This document shows positions 59,623 through 64,000 of a stretch of DNA of 64,000 nucleotides, piece by piece. Below the pieces are notes generated by a model. It did not search any database. It worked only from the letters and a program-made list of their open reading frames with translations, and was not told where the DNA came from. The stretch lies in NCBI GenBank assembly GCA_049320885.1, contig JBMORA010000024.1:1-64000 (forward strand), written 5' to 3'. This stretch comes from Thermodesulfobacteriota bacterium. Lineage in GTDB: Bacteria > Desulfobacterota > Desulfobacteria > Desulfobacterales > SURF-7. The position numbers and the translations under genes are program-made. How positions within the stretch are numbered: the first letter of the stretch is position 1; every line of letters begins with the position of its first letter.

Positions 59623-60873
59623 ATGACGCGCGACTACCAGGCATCGTGGGCGCGGACCCTGGCAACCCTGACAGGATTGAAACCCGACCGGGTTCCCTTG
59701 ATTTACCTGGCCTCGGAAGATGTGGCCGCGCGCATAACAGGACTGACCATCCGGGAAATGATGGCCTCTCCGGAAATATTAGCTGAAAAAACCATTATGG
59801 TGAATGATTTCCTTGGCGGCGACGGCATGGCCCTTGTTGCCAACCCCTATTGCGGGCCTTTTGAAGGGCTTGCCTACGCGAAAGTTAACGATGTCAATCT
59901 CAACAATGTTTTTGTCTGGAAAGATTATACCACTCCATTTATCCGTGAGGGCATCATCTGCAAGTCCGAAAAAGATATTGAAAACCTAAAAATTCCTGAC
60001 CACCATACTGTTGAGCCATGGCCAACTTTTTTTAAAGCCATTGCCTTGGTCCAGGAACGGACGGGTCTGGGGAGAGAACAATTTGCCCCCAGCCTGACCT
60101 GGTCGTCCGTTCAAATGCTCAGGGGCAGCCAGGCTTATCTGGATGTCAAACAAAATCCGGACCTGTTGATGATGCTGTGTGAAAAAATTTATTCCTCCCA
60201 ATGGAATTATTATGAGGCTTTTAGAAATATCGTGGGCCAACCGGTCGTCGCCTTTCAGTGCTCGTATGCGTTTAATCAGCATATGCTTTCTTTTGAAGAC
60301 GCCTGGAAATTTGAAGGCCAATTTATCGCACGGTTTGCCAAAAAATCCAAGGTACCGTTGATTATCCACAACTGCGGTTTCAAGCCATATCATATTGAAT
60401 TGGTGGAACGGCTTGAAACCGAAGGCGCAACCATTGCCGCCGTTAATGCGAGTCATCCCCTAAATATCGACTGGTGGGTGAATTTCCGGGAGCGGTTCCC
60501 CCACATTACCGTTATGGGAGGTCTCCACGTCAATAGCGAGATGGAGAGCGGGACAGCCCAGGATGTGGAGAACCGGGTGAAGGAATTCATCCAGAAAGTG
60601 GGAGGCGACGGCAGGCTCATTATTACACCCGTTTGTTGCATGCCCTGGCGGGTTCCACTCAGCAACATCAGAGCCGTGACCGAAGCGGTTAAAAAATGGG
60701 GCGCCTATCCAATCCATACCAACCCAAAGTGGCAACGATTCAATGTGATAAATAAATGTAAACATACCCTCTACAAAATTCGGCAGAATGTCATTAACAG
60801 TATATTCTCGAGGGTGCATGATGATTATCGGCTACAACTCACCAATTTCATGTTGAAATTCCGCAAATCATAA
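59623..60873 (+). CDS. UroD/MtaA-CmuA family methyltransferase
   Basis: PDRVP, HNCG and distal Cys (PVCC) Zn ligands. Confidence 0.85.
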   Translation: MTRDYQASWARTLATLTGLKPDRVPLIYLASEDVAARITGLTIREMMASPEILAEKTIMVNDFLGGDGMALVANPYCGPFEGLAYAKVNDVNLNNVFVWKDYTTPFIREGIICKSEKDIENLKIPDHHTVEPWPTFFKAIALVQERTGLGREQFAPSLTWSSVQMLRGSQAYLDVKQNPDLLMMLCEKIYSSQWNYYEAFRNIVGQPVVAFQCSYAFNQHMLSFEDAWKFEGQFIARFAKKSKVPLIIHNCGFKPYHIELVERLETEGATIAAVNASHPLNIDWWVNFRERFPHITVMGGLHVNSEMESGTAQDVENRVKEFIQKVGGDGRLIITPVCCMPWRVPLSNIRAVTEAVKKWGAYPIHTNPKWQRFNVINKCKHTLYKIRQNVINSIFSRVHDDYRLQLTNFMLKFRKS

Positions 60874-60900
60874 CTTACAGTATTTCCATGGGGAAGTGCC

Positions 60901-61701
60901 ATGTTGATAGTGGCTGAGAGAATCAACTCGTCAAGAAAATCCATCTACAACGCGATAGAACAGAAAGACAAATCATTTATAAAGACGGAGGCCATTGCCC
61001 AAGAGCAGGCAGGGGCAGATTATATCGATGTCAATGCCGGTTTGTTTGCAGCAAAAGAAGCCGATTGTCTTGCCTGGTTGATCGATGTTGTTCAGGAGGC
61101 AACAAGGTTGCCACTTTGTATTGACTCTGCGAATCCCGGGGCGATAAGAAAGGTATTGCCCCATGTGGAACAAACACCCATACTCAATTCCATCACCCTT
61201 GAGAAAGGACGTTTTGACACCTTGCTTCCCCTGATCCTCGATCGGTCATGCAAAACGGTCGGCTTGTGCCAGCGTGATGGTAAAACCGCGCACACTGCAC
61301 CTGAAAAAATGGCCATGGCCCGGAAGTTGATCACAGAACTAACAGAAGCCGGAGTCCCGGAGGGGGATATCTATATTGACCCCTTGGTATTCCCCATAGC
61401 CACAGACACTGATTCTGCGAGATCAACGCTTGACGCAATGTCGGATATTCGAAAAAACTTCCCGGAAGTCCATTTAATTTGCGGTGCAACCAATGTCTCT
61501 TTCGGCCTGCCGGGGCGAAAACTGATCAACCGAGTGTTTTTGATTGCCTCGATCCTGATGGGACTCGACTCCGCCATTATCGACCCGACGGATACAAAAC
61601 TGATGGCATCCCTGAAAGCCGCCATGCTGATCAATGGCATGGATCCGTATTCCAGAGCCTATATCAAAGCTTTTCGCGGCGGGTTGTTGAAAAATGTCTG
61701 A
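60901..61701 (+). CDS. Methyl-THF:corrinoid methyltransferase (AcsE-like, pterin-binding)
   Basis: ERIN, DVNAG, IDS, NS, DPL, NVSFGLP.R. Confidence 0.9.
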   Translation: MLIVAERINSSRKSIYNAIEQKDKSFIKTEAIAQEQAGADYIDVNAGLFAAKEADCLAWLIDVVQEATRLPLCIDSANPGAIRKVLPHVEQTPILNSITLEKGRFDTLLPLILDRSCKTVGLCQRDGKTAHTAPEKMAMARKLITELTEAGVPEGDIYIDPLVFPIATDTDSARSTLDAMSDIRKNFPEVHLICGATNVSFGLPGRKLINRVFLIASILMGLDSAIIDPTDTKLMASLKAAMLINGMDPYSRAYIKAFRGGLLKNV

Positions 61702-61740
61702 AGACAGTGGGGGAAAATCAGAAGCAGGGAGCGATGTAAC

Positions 61741-62490
61741 ATGATCCATATGATACTGACGTCCTTCGGACCTGCACAAGTCCCAAGCGGCTGGGATGGA
61801 TTGTTTCAGCCGCCATTGCAAAAAGAATGGATCGACAAATCACTTTTGCATATGGGCTACCCTGATCTGACACAAATAAACCCCCAAATTCTCGAGAAGA
61901 CGCATGATTTATCGGCTTTGGTAACCATACAGGCCAAACCGTTTTTTCTATTCAACAGCGCGAGGTTATCGCGCATTACCAAAACAGGTTTTGAAGCAAA
62001 TGGATTGACGATAACCAGTCGCAAATGGGGAGCCGTCGCAGCCATGCTGGATACACCCATAGAGTTGTGCTGCTTTGGGATGACCTTGGGTGACGAGATT
62101 GAAACCACCAACAAAGCGATGAGTGAAAAATCACTCACCCAGGGGTTTGTCTGGGATGCGCTCTGCTCGACATTGGCGGAATACTATGCCGACCGGGTTG
62201 AAATCTGTTTGGCGCGATACTATAAGCAGAATGGACTCAAGATCACCAGGCGATTCAGCCCGGGATACTGTGATTTGCCGCTGTTGCAGGCGCAGAAAGC
62301 CATCTTTCGGTTCTGTGACATGGAGGCGATTGGGATACGCTTGTCATCATCCGGTTGGATGACACCGCGAAAATCCATCACCGGAATGGTGCTTGCCGCT
62401 GAAAACCTGCCCGTAACCACCCCTTGCAGCGTTTGTAAAAGAACCTGTCCGCATCGGCGCGCAAATGATGAAGCGGTCCAATTACCATAG
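61741..62490 (+). CDS. MetH activation-domain-like protein
   Basis: TLG, RFSPGYCD, P.KSITG, C-terminal CxxCxxxC. Confidence 0.85.
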   Translation: MIHMILTSFGPAQVPSGWDGLFQPPLQKEWIDKSLLHMGYPDLTQINPQILEKTHDLSALVTIQAKPFFLFNSARLSRITKTGFEANGLTITSRKWGAVAAMLDTPIELCCFGMTLGDEIETTNKAMSEKSLTQGFVWDALCSTLAEYYADRVEICLARYYKQNGLKITRRFSPGYCDLPLLQAQKAIFRFCDMEAIGIRLSSSGWMTPRKSITGMVLAAENLPVTTPCSVCKRTCPHRRANDEAVQLP

Positions 62491-62504
62491 GCATAGAAAG
62501 TGAA

Positions 62505-62924
62505 TTGCAATTGGATGGCTATTGCTACACCATTCTGGATGAAGAAGACATCCCGCATGACAAAAAATACGTCGAACAGGAAGGTGTAAAAATCTATGAA
62601 AACAGCCAGGTAAAAAATATTGAAGAAGGGCGGGAAATCCGGCTTACGGTGGGCGATCATACAGTTCAGACTAAAGCCGTCGTCATCGCCACAAATGGCT
62701 ACACATCCAAATTGGGTTATTTCAAGCATCAGGTTATGCCCGTGCATGCACAGTGCGCAGTCACACCGCCGTTGGGCCAAAAACTATTGACAAAATTGGG
62801 CTGGAAAAGCCGCTTGCCATTTTTCGATTCGCGAAACTTTCTCTACCATCTTGTATTGACAGCCGACAATGGCTTGACCGCTAATTGTTTCGTTCCCCAT
62901 AAAACGGCCGAATCGGGGAAATAA
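62505..62924 (+). pseudogene. Internal fragment of DadA/PuuB-type FAD oxidoreductase
   Basis: GVKIYENS.V, VVIATNGY, VT.PL; lacks the N-terminal GxGxxG and the C-terminus. Confidence 0.65.
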
Positions 62925-63203
62925 TGGGCTATAACCGGTCCGATATGATTCACCCGCGCAAGGCCAATCTACGCCAAACGTTTTATGGCGGAAACGATCC
63001 GTCCGTTAGATCCGTTACCCCCTCTTCCACGATCAAGAAATAGTACCGCATTTCGGCTGCCCTTATTTTTGCGGTGTGATTCCGTCGACGGCAACGGGCC
63101 ATATAAAATCTCGATAGCCATGACCAATTGTATTGAAATTAAGAATTTGACCTCCCGCCGTTTCGAAATTAGGCTCATGCTTCGCCGGATAGCGTAGGGG
63201 GTC

Positions 63204-64000
63204 ATGAAAAAAATGAAAATCGAATATCTCCATGAACAGGGTATCGGCTGCATCAATGAGGACGCCGTGTTTGTCAACGGCAATGCGTTTGCGGTTTTCG
63301 ACGGAGCCACCAGCCTTGACGGGCACTCCTTGGAGGGCGGGAAAACCGGCGGGTATCATGCTGCCCGCATCGCCAGCCGTATCTTTCAGCACAACAACGA
63401 TTCCCTGCGCAACCTGGCCGAGAAAGCCAATGGAGCGATCCTCAACAAAATGCTTCAGAAAGGAGTTGATGTCAGGGACAAAGCCGCCCTTTGGAGCACC
63501 AGCGCGGCGGTCGTCCGCATTCACAAAAACGCCTTGGAATGGCTGCAAACCGGCGACAGCCTGATTATGCTGATTTACGCCGACGGCTCCTATAAAATCC
63601 CCATCCACGACTACGACCACGACCAGGAAACCCTCTGGATGTGGAAACGCATGGCTGACCACACCGATCTGCCCATCCATCAAGCCTTGAAGGATCAGAT
63701 CCGAAAAGTCAGGGCGGACATGAATATTTCCTATGGAGCCTTGAATGGAGAACGCACCTATTTGGATTTTTTGAATTCCGGCACGGAAAGCCTGGAGGGT
63801 GTCCGTCACATCCTGCTGTTCACCGACGGACTGTTTATTCCAAAACCGGACCCGGGCGCTCATGGGAATTTTGACATTTTCGTCGACCTCTTCCAGAAGG
63901 GCGGTCTTCCGGAGGTGCACAACCATGTCCGCGGCTTGGAACTTTCAGACCCGAAGTGCAGAACCTATCCCAGGTTCAAACTTCATGACGATATCGCCGC
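63204..64000 (+). CDS. PP2C-like phosphatase domain protein, runs off window
   Basis: Manual translation: INED, AVFDGAT, GDS, FTDG, HDDIA; absent from the ORF track. Confidence 0.85.
   Translation, partial: MKKMKIEYLHEQGIGCINEDAVFVNGNAFAVFDGATSLDGHSLEGGKTGGYHAARIASRIFQHNNDSLRNLAEKANGAILNKMLQKGVDVRDKAALWSTSAAVVRIHKNALEWLQTGDSLIMLIYADGSYKIPIHDYDHDQETLWMWKRMADHTDLPIHQALKDQIRKVRADMNISYGALNGERTYLDFLNSGTESLEGVRHILLFTDGLFIPKPDPGAHGNFDIFVDLFQKGGLPEVHNHVRGLELSDPKCRTYPRFKLHDDIA

Noticed and set aside
58975..62490. Pyrrolysine/selenocysteine read-through in the corrinoid cassette (also checked for the Mo operon)
   Set aside because: Genes are full length with no in-frame TAG/TGA splitting a domain; no MttB/MtmB homolog
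63063..63926. 287-aa minus-strand ORF
   Set aside because: Shadow of the plus-strand PP2C-like gene that runs off the window
1..64000. CRISPR arrays, tRNA/rRNA, prophage or defence genes
   Set aside because: No regularly spaced repeats, cloverleaf motifs, or phage/defence domains recognised by eye; a covariance-model scan would be needed to exclude small RNAs

Overview
Gene-dense, GC-rich bacterial chromosome segment. Gene content (FmdE, SEC-C-MAP, CdaA-CdaR fusion, sigma54 promoters, DVU_1551-type transferase) suggests an anaerobic Desulfobacterota/deltaproteobacterium; this is inference only. About 55 CDS; I recognised no rRNA, tRNA or CRISPR array. Main blocks: (1) corA-DUF2914-cdaA/cdaR fusion-ANKH/MATE-like-Ala-rich operon; (2) oleB-orfX-oleC-oleD olefin/beta-lactone cluster with no oleA in the window, preceded by a MerR-TetR fusion; (3) four minor (pseudo)pilins ending in an 844-aa PilX/GspK-like adhesin; (4) a TetR-led operon joining a NuoG'-NuoE fusion and NuoF to a xanthine-oxidase-family Mo enzyme whose 2Fe-2S subunit carries a canonical C2H2 zinc finger; (5) a lower-GC, sigma54-driven corrinoid methyl-transfer cassette. 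There are also several pseudogene remnants. All calls come from motif reading by eye; no database searches were run.
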